Shown here in pieces: positions 46,739 to 56,477 of a DNA stretch of 64,000 nucleotides. The notes beneath the pieces were generated by a model, which was given only the letters and a program-made list of their open reading frames with translations, was not told the DNA's origin and ran no database searches. Position numbers and translations under genes: made by a program. The DNA is from Acidimicrobiia bacterium (GTDB lineage: Bacteria > Actinomycetota > Acidimicrobiia > Spongiisociales > JAHEDJ01), in NCBI GenBank assembly GCA_029210695.1, contig JARGFH010000007.1, forward strand, positions 1 through 64,000. The letters run 5' to 3'. Each line of letters starts with the position of its first letter. Within the stretch, counting starts at the first letter, position 1.

Positions 46739-47834
46739 TCAGGGGTGAAGCTGGGTGATGGCTGGGCCGCCCTTGGGCCGCACCTGGGCCGCAACAGCTT
46801 CGGTCCGGGCCGCCTCAAGAGCGTCGGCAGCCTCTCTGTCGCGTCCCTCGAAGAGGTGTCCGTAGATGTCGTAGGTGGTACGGATCGAGGCATGGCCGAG
46901 CCGTTTCGAGATGACATAGGGGTCCTCTCCGGCGGCGATGAGCAACGCCACTTGGGTGTGGCGCAGGTCGTGGGGCCGCATCGGTTCGCCCACTGAGGCT
47001 CGAACCGCCGGATACCACATCCGCCGCCGGAAAAGGTTGGGCGCGAGCCGGCCTCCTTCGGGTGCCGTGAACACGTAGCCGTCCTTGCCCGGATAGGCCG
47101 AGAGGTGGGGCGGCCAGCACGTCGGCCAAGAACGGCGGGAAGCTCACGGTGCGGCGGGCAGCCGGTGTCTTGATCGGCTCCTTAACCCGGAGCTGACGGC
47201 GGAGGATATCGAGCCGGTCGATGCGGAGAGCGGCCAACTCGCCGGGACGCAGGCCCGTGTAGGCGCCGGTCAGGACGAAGGCGCGGTAGCGGGGCCGGAT
47301 GGCATCAGCGAGCGCTTCGACCTCGTTGATGGTCAGGAATCGCATCTCGGTGCGGCCGGCCTTGGGGAGGGCGATGTTCCGACAGGGGGAGCGCGGGATC
47401 ATCTGATCGCCAACGGCCAGTTCGAGGGCCTCTCGCAGCAAGGTGTAGGCCCGGCGAATTGTGGAAGGGGAGTAGCCGTCGGCGACAAGGTCGGCGATCC
47501 ACTTCCGGATGGCTCCCGGTTCAATGGCGCCGACCGGAACCGATCCGAAGGTGGGCAGCACCAGGTTGCGGAGGACGGACCGGTAATTGTCCCGGGTTGA
47601 AGTAGCCACATTGACTCGCCCTGCTTCGACGCTCGTGCTCCAGTCCCCCAACGTGAGTCGCCCGAGGCGCGGGTCGGTCCAGTCCCCGCGCGCCATGTCC
47701 GTCTCGACGCTGTGCAAGAAGCGATCGGCGTCGGTTCTCCGAACGAAGCTCCTCGATCGCTCACGCCCCGTCGGGTCTCGGTAGCGCACCCGCCACAGCC
47801 GGGGACGGTCCGGGCGTCGTTCGACATAGCCCAT
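46739..47834 (-). pseudogene. Tyrosine integrase, frameshifted near 47107-47110
   Basis: YTGLRPGEL and KT in one frame; HDLRHT...LGH...TYDIYGHL in another; removing one base gives ...VLAAHLSAYPGKDGYVFTAPEG. Confidence 0.85.
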
Positions 47835-48097
47835 GATCGGATCGTACAGATCCGGAGTGACAGGTTCGGGGTCAAAGAGGGTATCGTCACTGAGCGTGGC
47901 GCTCCACATAATGCCAATGCGTCCGGGATTGCCACATATGCCGGATATCGGGCGGTAAGTTGGGCCTTTCTCCTCTGGTGGGATTGAACGAGTTGGGCTA
48001 GTTCTTCAGTTGCGACTGTGTCAGGGGGGCGCGCCGCGGCGAGTTTCGCAGAAGTGATCCGTGGCAAGGCCACCGAAGGCGTCGAAAGGGGGCGCAG

Positions 48098-49342
48098 ATG
48101 ACCGACTCCGCGCCTGAAGTGTTGGGAAGTACTGCGGCAGATGCGGGCGCGGAGCCACACCCGTCTCTACTCCGGCTCGAAGCTCGACATGAGGAGCCGA
48201 CCGGGCGCAGCGAGTCGTTCGAGGCTTGCGTGGAGGACATCCGCAGGTGGTACGGCGGCGGCGGAGACGTCGTCGACCTCGTTTCAGGACTGGCGGGGCT
48301 GATCCGGCGGCGGCTCGGAGTGGCTCCGCAGAGTCCGGGAGCGGCGATGGTGGCGGTGCTGACCGGTTCTGGTATCAGGCTGTTGCCTGCGCTTCTCGCC
48401 GCCGTCCTGTTCGGACAGTGGACGGAGATTCCCTGGGGGCGGTGGGCGGTGATCCTCGCGTTCTATGGTTTTCTCGAAGGCAGCTTCGGGTGGATGAATC
48501 CGCCCCCAGGAAGCCCGCTGCTGCCAAGGGTCAAGCGGATCGTGGAGAACTGGACAGCGCTGCTCCCCACCATCGTCAGGGAGTCCGACCTGCGAGACCT
48601 GGCCGACTTCACCCGGCGCTGGATTAGCCTGCCGGTAGTCGTGGTGGCGGGCGTGGCGGTAGCAGCCATGATGATTCTGGCCTGCGCACTGTTCACTCCG
48701 GCCGCCCTGGGCGAGCTTCCGGCGGGGAGCGTCGTTTTGTTGGCCTGGCTGCTCTTTGACTTCGGGGTGAATACCGTCTACTACGGGGAAGTCTTCCAAA
48801 GGGTGTTCATGGCTCGAGAAGCCAGATACGACCACCACCTCTTCTGGCCGAGCCCGGCCGACTCGCCCGAGGTCCACAAGGTGACGCGGAAGACGACCAA
48901 CCAAGGGTTCGCAGCTGGGTTGTGGATCACCGCCTGGTTGGTGCTGGCGGTGGTGCTGGTGGGGTGGGACTCGCCGCTGGTGCTACCCCTGGCGGTGGGG
49001 TTCGTGGTGATCGGTTACCTCACCACCATCGGTTTGGCCTTCGGCAACCGGGCCAGCGTCCGCAAGATCGTCGAGCGGAGCCGCCAACAGCGTCTGGCCT
49101 TGTTCCGGTCCCGCATCGACACGTTCGAACCACGTATGGTCGACCTGTCACCCGAGGAATCAGAGCAACTCCGGGATCTGCTCTTTCTTCACCACGAGAT
49201 CCGGGACGCTCCCACCTCTTCCACCGCCACCCACACCGCGGTCCGAACCGCGGCGGGATTGCTCATCCCCACCATCGTGTTCGTCATCACCGTTTTCGGC
49301 GAGGTGTCGGCAGAACGCATCCTCGACGCCATCCTCCCCTGA
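48098..49342 (+). CDS. Hypothetical multi-pass membrane protein
   Basis: 414-aa ORF with about 7 hydrophobic segments; no family recognised. Confidence 0.65.
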   Translation: MTDSAPEVLGSTAADAGAEPHPSLLRLEARHEEPTGRSESFEACVEDIRRWYGGGGDVVDLVSGLAGLIRRRLGVAPQSPGAAMVAVLTGSGIRLLPALLAAVLFGQWTEIPWGRWAVILAFYGFLEGSFGWMNPPPGSPLLPRVKRIVENWTALLPTIVRESDLRDLADFTRRWISLPVVVVAGVAVAAMMILACALFTPAALGELPAGSVVLLAWLLFDFGVNTVYYGEVFQRVFMAREARYDHHLFWPSPADSPEVHKVTRKTTNQGFAAGLWITAWLVLAVVLVGWDSPLVLPLAVGFVVIGYLTTIGLAFGNRASVRKIVERSRQQRLALFRSRIDTFEPRMVDLSPEESEQLRDLLFLHHEIRDAPTSSTATHTAVRTAAGLLIPTIVFVITVFGEVSAERILDAILP

Positions 49343-49436
49343 CCCGGCCAACCCGACCCCCATATCCTCACCTACGAGTGCGGCGTCGAGAATCGCGCCG
49401 ATCACTGTCCGTGGTGAGTTCAGACCCGGAAAGGCG

Positions 49437-49784
49437 TCAGCCGAAGAAGATACAGGTGGGATCTTCGTCGATCTCGTCGAGCAGGGTGCTGATGTTTTCG
49501 GAGGGATCGAGATCCCAGTAGCGGTGCCACCGCTGATTGCGATCGGCCCAATAGAGGGTCCATGAAAGATCGGAGTTGTTGAAACGGAGTTGGGCGATCT
49601 TCATTCGGGTCCATTCGGCATCCGGATCCGACCAGAGGGGCCGGCACTCCATGATGGTGATCGAATGGCCGCGGACATCTGCGTCGAGTCGCACCCGATC
49701 GCGGATATGCTCGGGGATCCGAGCGGCGCAGAAATGTCGGACTCGGGCCAGGTCGAGCTCGGGGATTGGGAGGATCGTTGCCAC
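49437..49784 (-). CDS. DUF3024-like protein
   Basis: ITIMECRPLW, IAQLRF, WTLYWADRN..WHRY, EIDEDPTCIFFG. Confidence 0.8.
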   Translation of the reverse strand: MATILPIPELDLARVRHFCAARIPEHIRDRVRLDADVRGHSITIMECRPLWSDPDAEWTRMKIAQLRFNNSDLSWTLYWADRNQRWHRYWDLDPSENISTLLDEIDEDPTCIFFG

Positions 49785-50073
49785 GTGTCGACGATAGCGA
49801 CTCGCCCGATGGCTGGGCGTGAAGAGCGAATCGGCGCCTTTGCTCAAAGCAGGGTCCAGGCATGGCTGAACCGAAGAGCCGGCTCAGGAGGGTGAGAAGC
49901 CGGTCGTACTGGAAGGGTTAAACGCCCGAAGGTGACGCGCCTCCGTCGCTTCCCTGGGCACCTACCGGGTCGTCCTGAAGCAAGCGGTCGTGGGTTCGCC
50001 CCGATCCGCCCCAATCTCGCGCCATGTGACCCCTCGGGCCCGATAGTCCTGGATCGACTGCTCGAGGAGCGGG

Positions 50074-50349
50074 TCAGCGGGGTCGGTAGACGTCGGCGCG
50101 ATGATCGACATAGACCACTCGCAGCATGTGGTCTGCTTCATGGATCTCGTAGACGACCCGATATGTGCCGACTCGTGCGGAGTGAAGTCCGGTCAGTTCA
50201 CCACGCAACGCTTTACCGACACGGTATGGATTGTCGAGAAGGGGACCCAGCATGAAGTCGAGGACGGCTACTGCGATCTTTTCGGGGAGTCGGTCAATCG
50301 TTCGCTGAGTGGGTCCGGCAACGACCAGATCCCAGGGCGGCTCCTTCAC
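50074..50349 (-). CDS. relE: Type II TA toxin, RelE/ParE family
   Basis: NPYRVGKALRGELTGLHSARVGTYRVVY, HRADVY. Confidence 0.88.
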   Translation of the reverse strand: MKEPPWDLVVAGPTQRTIDRLPEKIAVAVLDFMLGPLLDNPYRVGKALRGELTGLHSARVGTYRVVYEIHEADHMLRVVYVDHRADVYRPR

Positions 50350-50633
50350 CCTGTGCGGGCACGGAGCCGATCGCGCATGGCTTCGACTTCGTCCTTGGAG
50401 ATCACATCGCCGGCTTCGATGGCGGCTCTGCCGTGCTCGATGTCGCGAACGGCGGCCGGGTCGGACAGGATCGCCACGGTCTCTTCGATGGCATCGAGAT
50501 CATCGGTGCTGACCAGCACGGCCACTGGGCGGCCGTTGCGAGTCACCGTCACTCGCTCATGGGTAGCGACGATCTGGTCGACAACCTCGGAGAGTTTGGC
50601 TTTGACTTCCGAAAGCGGCAAGACCTTAGACAT
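50346..50633 (-). CDS. Type II TA antitoxin, Phd/YefM family
   Basis: LSEVKAKLSEVVD, VTRNGRPVAVLVS; overlaps the toxin start. Confidence 0.9.
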   Translation of the reverse strand: MSKVLPLSEVKAKLSEVVDQIVATHERVTVTRNGRPVAVLVSTDDLDAIEETVAILSDPAAVRDIEHGRAAIEAGDVISKDEVEAMRDRLRARTG

Positions 50634-50634
50634 G

Positions 50635-50650
50635 ACCATAATTATAGTCT
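50635..50650. promoter_or_regulatory. Probable TA autoregulatory operator
   Basis: Near-palindrome GACCATAATTATAGTC immediately upstream of the antitoxin ATG. Confidence 0.5.
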
Positions 50651-51295
50651 GAGTGGTCGGCAAGGATCAACTCTATTGAGGACTCGATCAAGGCCGCCAG
50701 CCCGCCCGTTTCCGGAAGTGTTCGATACCGGTGCACCGGAGTGCGGATCGATCGTCGGGGGGTCGTCACGCATCGCGGCCGCTATCGGAATCGGTGCAGG
50801 TCGTGGACGGCCACGCCGTTCTCGGCGCCCCGGCTCAGACGATTGAAGGCCAGTTTGGCTTCCCACGCAGGAGATTCGGCAGTAGGCGACTGCCCGAGCG
50901 ACAAAAGAAAATAACCACATCCAAGAACCGACCGGGATTCCACCCCCAACCGGCCAGCACCGCTTACCGATCCACCCCTCTCAATTCCACACGCATCTGC
51001 AACAAAGTTGCGAGCGGTATACCAGTAAACCTCGCACCCAGATGATGCAACTGTGTGCGGTGGGACTCACGGCCATCACGACGGTGGGTTTCCCGCGATG
51101 CTCAGGTCGCCTGAGGTATGTCCGGCGAGGTGGCGGACTCCGCTGCGGCTGCAATAAGCCGATTGGTTGGCATCGCCCATGGTGAGCCAGTTGGAGGGTT
51201 CCTGACAGGGTCGCTGACACTCTGCGGGAAGGGTGGCGGGGTTATGACACCGAGATGACATCGAGTCCATGGGGATGAGAGCGAGGCGTACAGCA

Positions 51296-51965
51296 TCAGA
51301 GTTCGAGTCCCGGCTCCGTGCCTTTTCCGGCATCTCGACCAGGACCTTGAATCTCCAGCTGGTGGCGCCAGCCGACGACTAAGGCTCGGAGGCGAGCGAA
51401 CTCGGCGTCGTCGACATCGAAATCGGCTCGTGGCAGACGATCGAGCCTGCGGAGCATGTCCGCTAGGACCGTTCGATCGAAACCGGGATCCTTCTCTGCG
51501 GCCAGAGTGCACAGGTGTTCAAGCTCATAGCGGGATACGAGGGCCGCTACATCCACGAAATCACGAGCAGCGGCCCTACCGAAGAGAGCCAGCAGCTTGT
51601 CTGCAGCGAGCTCCTCATCCGAGAGAATTGCTCCTGCCTCGGTCCGTTCGGTTGGGAAGCGTCGGGCATCCCAGGCAAGGTCGACCAGAGTGGTCTCAGC
51701 CCCGAAGGAAACGAGCAAGCGAGCGAACCCGTCTGCAACCTGGACTCTTCCTACATCGAGGCCGTCCTCGGTCAGCAAGGCCTCGAGCGGAGGGAGCACT
51801 CGGTTGACTTCCTCCGGGGTGGTGGCGAAGAAGTCCAGATCCCGTGTCGGGCGGTCCACGATGCCCCGCACGATCAAGGCAGCGCCGCCGGCTAACGCAA
51901 CAGTCTCCAGCCTCTGTGAGGCCTGCGACGAGCCGCCTGAGCCTCTCCTGGAGCGGGCTGAGCAT
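51296..51965 (-). pseudogene. AbiEii-family nucleotidyltransferase (type IV TA toxin), frameshifted near 51900
   Basis: ALAGGAAL, RPTRDLDFF, DKLLAL, RDFVD; natural N-terminus MLSPLQERL is in another frame; deleting one base gives GDFALAGG. Confidence 0.8.
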
Positions 51966-51968
51966 CCG

Positions 51969-52298
51969 CTAGGCCAGCCGACCGCGCCGGCGGAGCCACA
52001 CGTCCCAGACGGCACGTACGTGCGGCGAGAGCACCAACTCGTTCCACAGATCGACCAATTGGTCGACGTCGATGAAGTAGCGGACGTCGTCGGCCGTTCC
52101 TTCGGTCAAGACCTGCTCGTAGGCGCTGATCCGATCCCGCCGATCAGAAAGGTTGTAGTCGGTACGCCCGGTCCAACGGATGTGTGGGGGAAGGGCGACC
52201 CAACCGGCTGCCTTTGAGATCGTCGGGTTGTCGACGTCATCGGGAACGGCGACCGGTCGGGTCATCGGGCCCACGCCTGCGCTTCGAGTTGTAGCCAT
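51969..52298 (-). CDS. Small protein upstream of AbiEii, putative antitoxin
   Basis: VALPPHIRW...YEQVLTEG...LWNELVL..VRAVW; ends 3 nt before the AbiEii start. Confidence 0.65.
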   Translation of the reverse strand: MATTRSAGVGPMTRPVAVPDDVDNPTISKAAGWVALPPHIRWTGRTDYNLSDRRDRISAYEQVLTEGTADDVRYFIDVDQLVDLWNELVLSPHVRAVWDVWLRRRGRLA

Positions 52299-52369
52299 GA
52301 TCTGGATTGTACGACCAGGTGGTGACACGGTGGAGCTTGGGCCGCACCTGGGCCGTGGCGTTTCCTCGA

Positions 52370-53206
52370 GGGCGACAGTTTGTCTTCGAGACCGACATTC
52401 GGGACTTCTTCGGCAGTATCGATCATGATCGGCTTATGGGTCTTGTTGAGGCTCGGGTGTCGGACCGGCGGGTGCTCAAGTTGGTGCGGGGATGGCTGCG
52501 GGTGGGGGTGTTGACTGATGGGGTGGTGTCGGAGACGGTCACGGGCACTCCCCAGGGCGGGGTGGTTTCCCCGTTATTGGCCAACATTTTCTTGCATGCG
52601 TTCGACAAGGCTTGGGCCGAGTCCGGCACCGGTGAGCTTGTCCGTTACGCGGACGACTTTGTGGTGTTGTGCTCGTCTGGCAGTCAGGCTGAAGACGCTC
52701 AGGAGCGGGCGACCGCCATCTTGGGTGAACTCGGTTTGGAACTGCACCCGGACAAGACCCGTGTGGTCGATCTCCGGGAAGGCCGCGAGGGTTTCGATTT
52801 CCTCGGGTGTCACTTTCGGGCCCGTATGTCCGGTCGGCTTTGGGAGCAGCGCGGCATTATCCGCTACTACTTGCATCGCTGGCCCTCTGTGCGGTCTATG
52901 AAACGAGCCCGGGCACGGATCAAAGCCCTCACCAGTCGAAGCCGGGTCGGGATAGACCTCCCTGAGGTGATCAGGGAATTGAGCCTGTTCCTGCGGGGAT
53001 GGGGCAACTACTTCCGGACCGGGAACGCAGCCGACAAGTTCGTTCAGCTCGACCGGCACGTAGTGTGGCGGCTCAAACGGCTACTGATCAAGAAGCGGGG
53101 CCGCAATCTTCGCGCTGGGCAAGCTGACCGATGGACACCGGCCTGGTTCTACGATCAGGGTCTGCACAAGCTCAGTGGCACTATCCGATACCCGAAAGCT
53201 GCGTAA
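52370..53206 (+). pseudogene. ltrA: 5'-truncated group II intron reverse transcriptase/maturase
   Basis: Starts at DIRDFFGSIDH; GTPQGGVVSPLLANI, RYADD, FDFLG, LRGWGNYF; no endonuclease domain. Confidence 0.88.
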
Positions 53207-53315
53207 CCATGTCAAGAAGATCATCGGTATGCCGTATGCGGGAAAACCGCACGTACGGATTGAAAGGGGGATGGGGAACCGGGCCGTCAACGGCACCGCG
53301 CCCCTGACTACCAAT
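53207..53315 (+). mobile_element. Group II intron domains V-VI and 3' splice end
   Basis: GCCGTATGCGG-GAAA-ACCGCACGTACGG (DV), then a DVI stem ending CTACCAAT. Confidence 0.85.
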
Positions 53316-55743
53316 GGACCACCTGCCTGGCCGGGAGTTGGCGGCGGTCATGTTCGCCGACATGGTGGGGTTCACCGCGTTGATGCAGGCGAACGAGCAA
53401 CTCGCCATCGAGAAGCGGACCCGATACAGGACTGTCCTTGAGGCATGTCACGAGAGGTTCGGCGGGGAGGTTGTCCAGCATTACGGGGATGGTGCGCTCA
53501 GCATCTTCCACAATGCGGTTGACGCCGTCCGGTGCGCTGTAGCAATCCAGAAGGAACTGAGCCGACCGCTTGTGGTTCCGGTGCGGATCGGCATACATCT
53601 AGGGGACGTGATCATCGAACCAGGCGGCGTTATCGGTGACGCGGTCAATATTGCGTCACGGATTGAGTCGTTTGGGGCGGCTGGGGCTGTTCTGGTTTCG
53701 GACTCGCTGCACGATCAGGTGAAGAACCAGCCGCAGTTTGATTTCGTCGAACTCGGGGAATTCCACCTTGAGAACGTTGTCCGACCATTCGGCATTTTTG
53801 CGGTGGCGTCCGATGGGTTGGTGATTCCCGAAGTCGGCAAGCTGGATGGCAAGGGAAAGGTCGCCGTTCCGTCGGTCGGGCGTTCAGGACCTGGTGCGCC
53901 CACTGCAAGGGGGCTTTTCCGTTCGAGCGTGTTGGCTGCCATCGGGTTTGTGGTAGTCGGGTTGTCGGTTGGGGTGGTGTGGCTCAGTGGGATGTTGACC
54001 GGCGACAACACCACTGTCACGACGACGGTAGCTGCTTCGACCAGCACTGTTGCGGTGGTGGATGACGTTGCCGATACCACCGTGGAAGAACTGTGGTCAC
54101 TCACCCTGGACGCGCCGGTCGTCGGAATGGCGACTATGGACGGTCTGGCTGTCATCGCAACAGGTGACGGTCTGGTGCGTGGCGTTGCCGTAACTTCCGG
54201 CGACGAACTGTGGAGACACAAAGCCGCACGACCTGCCCAACTTGGCGTGTTCGCCGACGGTGGGGTCGTCTACTACGCAACGGCGGAGGGGGTGTCCCTG
54301 CTCGATCCGGCAGACGGCGAACTGATCGATGGGTGCGGGTTCAGTTTCCGGGATCAGGTGCAGGGTGTCGCGGTGGCCGACGGTTCCGTCTACTTCACCG
54401 TGCGTTCGGACGGCACTGTGCGTCGGGTTCCCACCGACCCCATCCCGGACGGCCCCTGCCACCGACCCGCAGCAGCAAGCTCGCATACATTCCTCTGGTT
54501 GCCACCACAGTCTGGTCCCGTTGTCATCGGGAGTGAAGTTCTGGTTGGGGATACTCGAACGCTCACACGGCTCGATGCGGCTAGCTTGGATCTGGTTGGG
54601 AGCTACGACCTCTCTGTGGGTACCCTCGCTGAGTCGTATGACGCCCGGGTGGTTGGACTCGTCGGTGTTGAACTGATTACTCGGACGGCGAGCGGGGTGC
54701 GAACCGATGCGGCGACTTATGGGGCCGACGGCGAAGGCGCTCTTTATGCGATGGTTCCTGGCTCTGGCATGGCGCGATCCGATTACACGGTCGAGATGGT
54801 GCCGGTCGTATCTGACCTCGGGGTGTTTCTCGTCGACACTGGTCACACGCTCCGCAGGCTTTCTCACGATCTCGGCCGCGATCTTTGGAACGTCGATCTA
54901 GCTGTCACTCCGACCGGACTATGGCTCGCCGACAACACTGTTTACGTTTCGTTGCCAGACGGAACTCTGGTAGCCATCGACGCACAAAGTGGCAGCGAAC
55001 TTCACCGCCTCGGAGTGGGAACAGGAATCGCCACTGCCGCCTTTACCGAAGGGGCGGTCATCATGGCCACAGGAGAGGGTAGAGTCACCGGCTTCCTCGA
55101 GCCGTCGGCTCCCGATCCCAGCCTGCCCAGGTTCGAACCGATTGTGAAAGACCCCCCGCCGCAGCCTGACGCTGTCGTTCGTGAGTTTTACGCCGCCGTG
55201 ACGGCGGGGGATCGGAAGCGAGTGGAGAGCCTCATTGCGGTCGATGCCGCGTTCGGTGCTGCCAAGGAAGGTGGCACCTGGTTCTCTCCAGACGCCCGCG
55301 ACGAGTTCTGGGCAAACTACGACTTCTTCAACACACTCAACGTCGCACTCTCCGTCGGCACGTGCGAACAAGAGGTCGTGGGCGAATCTGTCATGGTGGA
55401 CTGCGAAGTGACCCAGTCCGACACCTACCTCGACGCGCTCGGTGCCGAGATCTCTGGGAGTGGGCGACTCGTGGTGGAGTCGGGTCTCATCCATAGTTTT
55501 GTAGGAGGCCCCAACTTCCGCGGAGAGGTCAGAATCAGCCGTGCCAATGTCGGCTATCGACGCGGATTGACGTTCACCCTGGAATCGGAGCTTCTTTACG
55601 ACGATTTCTTCGATTGGGCTGCAACCACCCTGGCTGACGCTCTCGAAGCTTCTTGTGGTACCGACGTCTTAGAGCTCCCCACCGTTGAGTGCGCCCTCTT
55701 CATGCTTGACCACGTCGACGAATACATAGCGGCATCCGAATAG
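53314..55743 (+). CDS. Class III nucleotide cyclase, TM, PQQ-like beta-propeller and NTF2/SnoaL-like domain
   Basis: MFADMVGFT, YGDG, RIGIHLGDV, GDAVNIASRIE; TM helix; repeated G.L.A.D..SG..LW motifs. Confidence 0.85.
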   Translation: MDHLPGRELAAVMFADMVGFTALMQANEQLAIEKRTRYRTVLEACHERFGGEVVQHYGDGALSIFHNAVDAVRCAVAIQKELSRPLVVPVRIGIHLGDVIIEPGGVIGDAVNIASRIESFGAAGAVLVSDSLHDQVKNQPQFDFVELGEFHLENVVRPFGIFAVASDGLVIPEVGKLDGKGKVAVPSVGRSGPGAPTARGLFRSSVLAAIGFVVVGLSVGVVWLSGMLTGDNTTVTTTVAASTSTVAVVDDVADTTVEELWSLTLDAPVVGMATMDGLAVIATGDGLVRGVAVTSGDELWRHKAARPAQLGVFADGGVVYYATAEGVSLLDPADGELIDGCGFSFRDQVQGVAVADGSVYFTVRSDGTVRRVPTDPIPDGPCHRPAAASSHTFLWLPPQSGPVVIGSEVLVGDTRTLTRLDAASLDLVGSYDLSVGTLAESYDARVVGLVGVELITRTASGVRTDAATYGADGEGALYAMVPGSGMARSDYTVEMVPVVSDLGVFLVDTGHTLRRLSHDLGRDLWNVDLAVTPTGLWLADNTVYVSLPDGTLVAIDAQSGSELHRLGVGTGIATAAFTEGAVIMATGEGRVTGFLEPSAPDPSLPRFEPIVKDPPPQPDAVVREFYAAVTAGDRKRVESLIAVDAAFGAAKEGGTWFSPDARDEFWANYDFFNTLNVALSVGTCEQEVVGESVMVDCEVTQSDTYLDALGAEISGSGRLVVESGLIHSFVGGPNFRGEVRISRANVGYRRGLTFTLESELLYDDFFDWAATTLADALEASCGTDVLELPTVECALFMLDHVDEYIAASE

Positions 55744-56099
55744 ACCGGACATCGAAACCCCGACTCCCGGCGTTGACGGTCACCGCATCGGGCCACCAGG
55801 CTCCGTGGCTCATCTTGCCCCAAACACGTTGAGGCGGATCGCGTGGTCGTGGACTTTGATGAGAACTACGAAGCAGGATCGAAGGTCACCACACCGGCGT
55901 GGTGTTCGGATGGATACGTCAAGGGCGGCAGCGGCCGCCTCATCGGACAGCATCGCCGGGCTGCTAGCCAATGATCCCGAGGCCGATCAGAAGCATCGTG
56001 ACGGTTCCAAAACCACACACCCCGACCCAGATCCAACTGCCGAAGTCGAAGACTCTGGGGCCGTATCCTTTGCCCGCCAGTTCGCTCCTGACGTGCCGA

Positions 56100-56348
56100 A
56101 AAGCGATGTACCCGGCGACGCTCAACTCGGAGGCGTTAGCCCAGGTCAAGGAGGTGGCGGAGATCAGGAAGTTTCCCGAGGATGTCCTGACCGCCTTCAA
56201 GACCGACTTCGAGACGGTCCTGGACGACGTGGCAGCGAGCGATGCCGCCTTTGCCGCGATCCTTGCACCGTGGCGTGAGTTCCGCGACGCTGTTCAGGAG
56301 TGGCATTCCCTGGCCGAGTCGTCGATGCTCCGGGCGTACAATCTGTAG
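56100..56348 (+). pseudogene. C-terminal remnant of a TRAP substrate-binding protein (DctP/TakP-like)
   Basis: LNSEALAQV...IRKFPEDVL...FAAILAPWREFR...W..LAE resembles TakP-type C-termini; no N-terminal part. Confidence 0.5.
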
Positions 56349-56477
56349 GAGATCCCGGGTCGAGGACCCTTCAGATCCGAATGAACCTGCACCTCGGTGC
56401 GGGTTCATTTGATGAGGGAATGCTCCGAGTTCGGTCCCGGTGATGCCCTACGATGCTTGGTGACGAATGGAGTTCCC

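Larger units (their letters stand above)
46703..56348. mobile_element. Degenerate tRNA-Ala-anchored genomic island (right boundary uncertain)
   Basis: Integrase convergent on the tRNA 3' end, TA modules, intron fragment, gene remnants. Confidence 0.55.

Noticed and set aside
50660..51290. ORFs between the two TA modules
   Set aside because: Short overlapping ORFs with no family signal; probably degraded sequence.
52307..53206. RT as a retron, DGR or defence RT
   Set aside because: Domain X (LRGWGNYF) and DV/DVI RNA follow directly, which identifies a group II intron. I saw no msr/msd or TR/VR pair. The ORF-track start at 52307 is not RT-like sequence.
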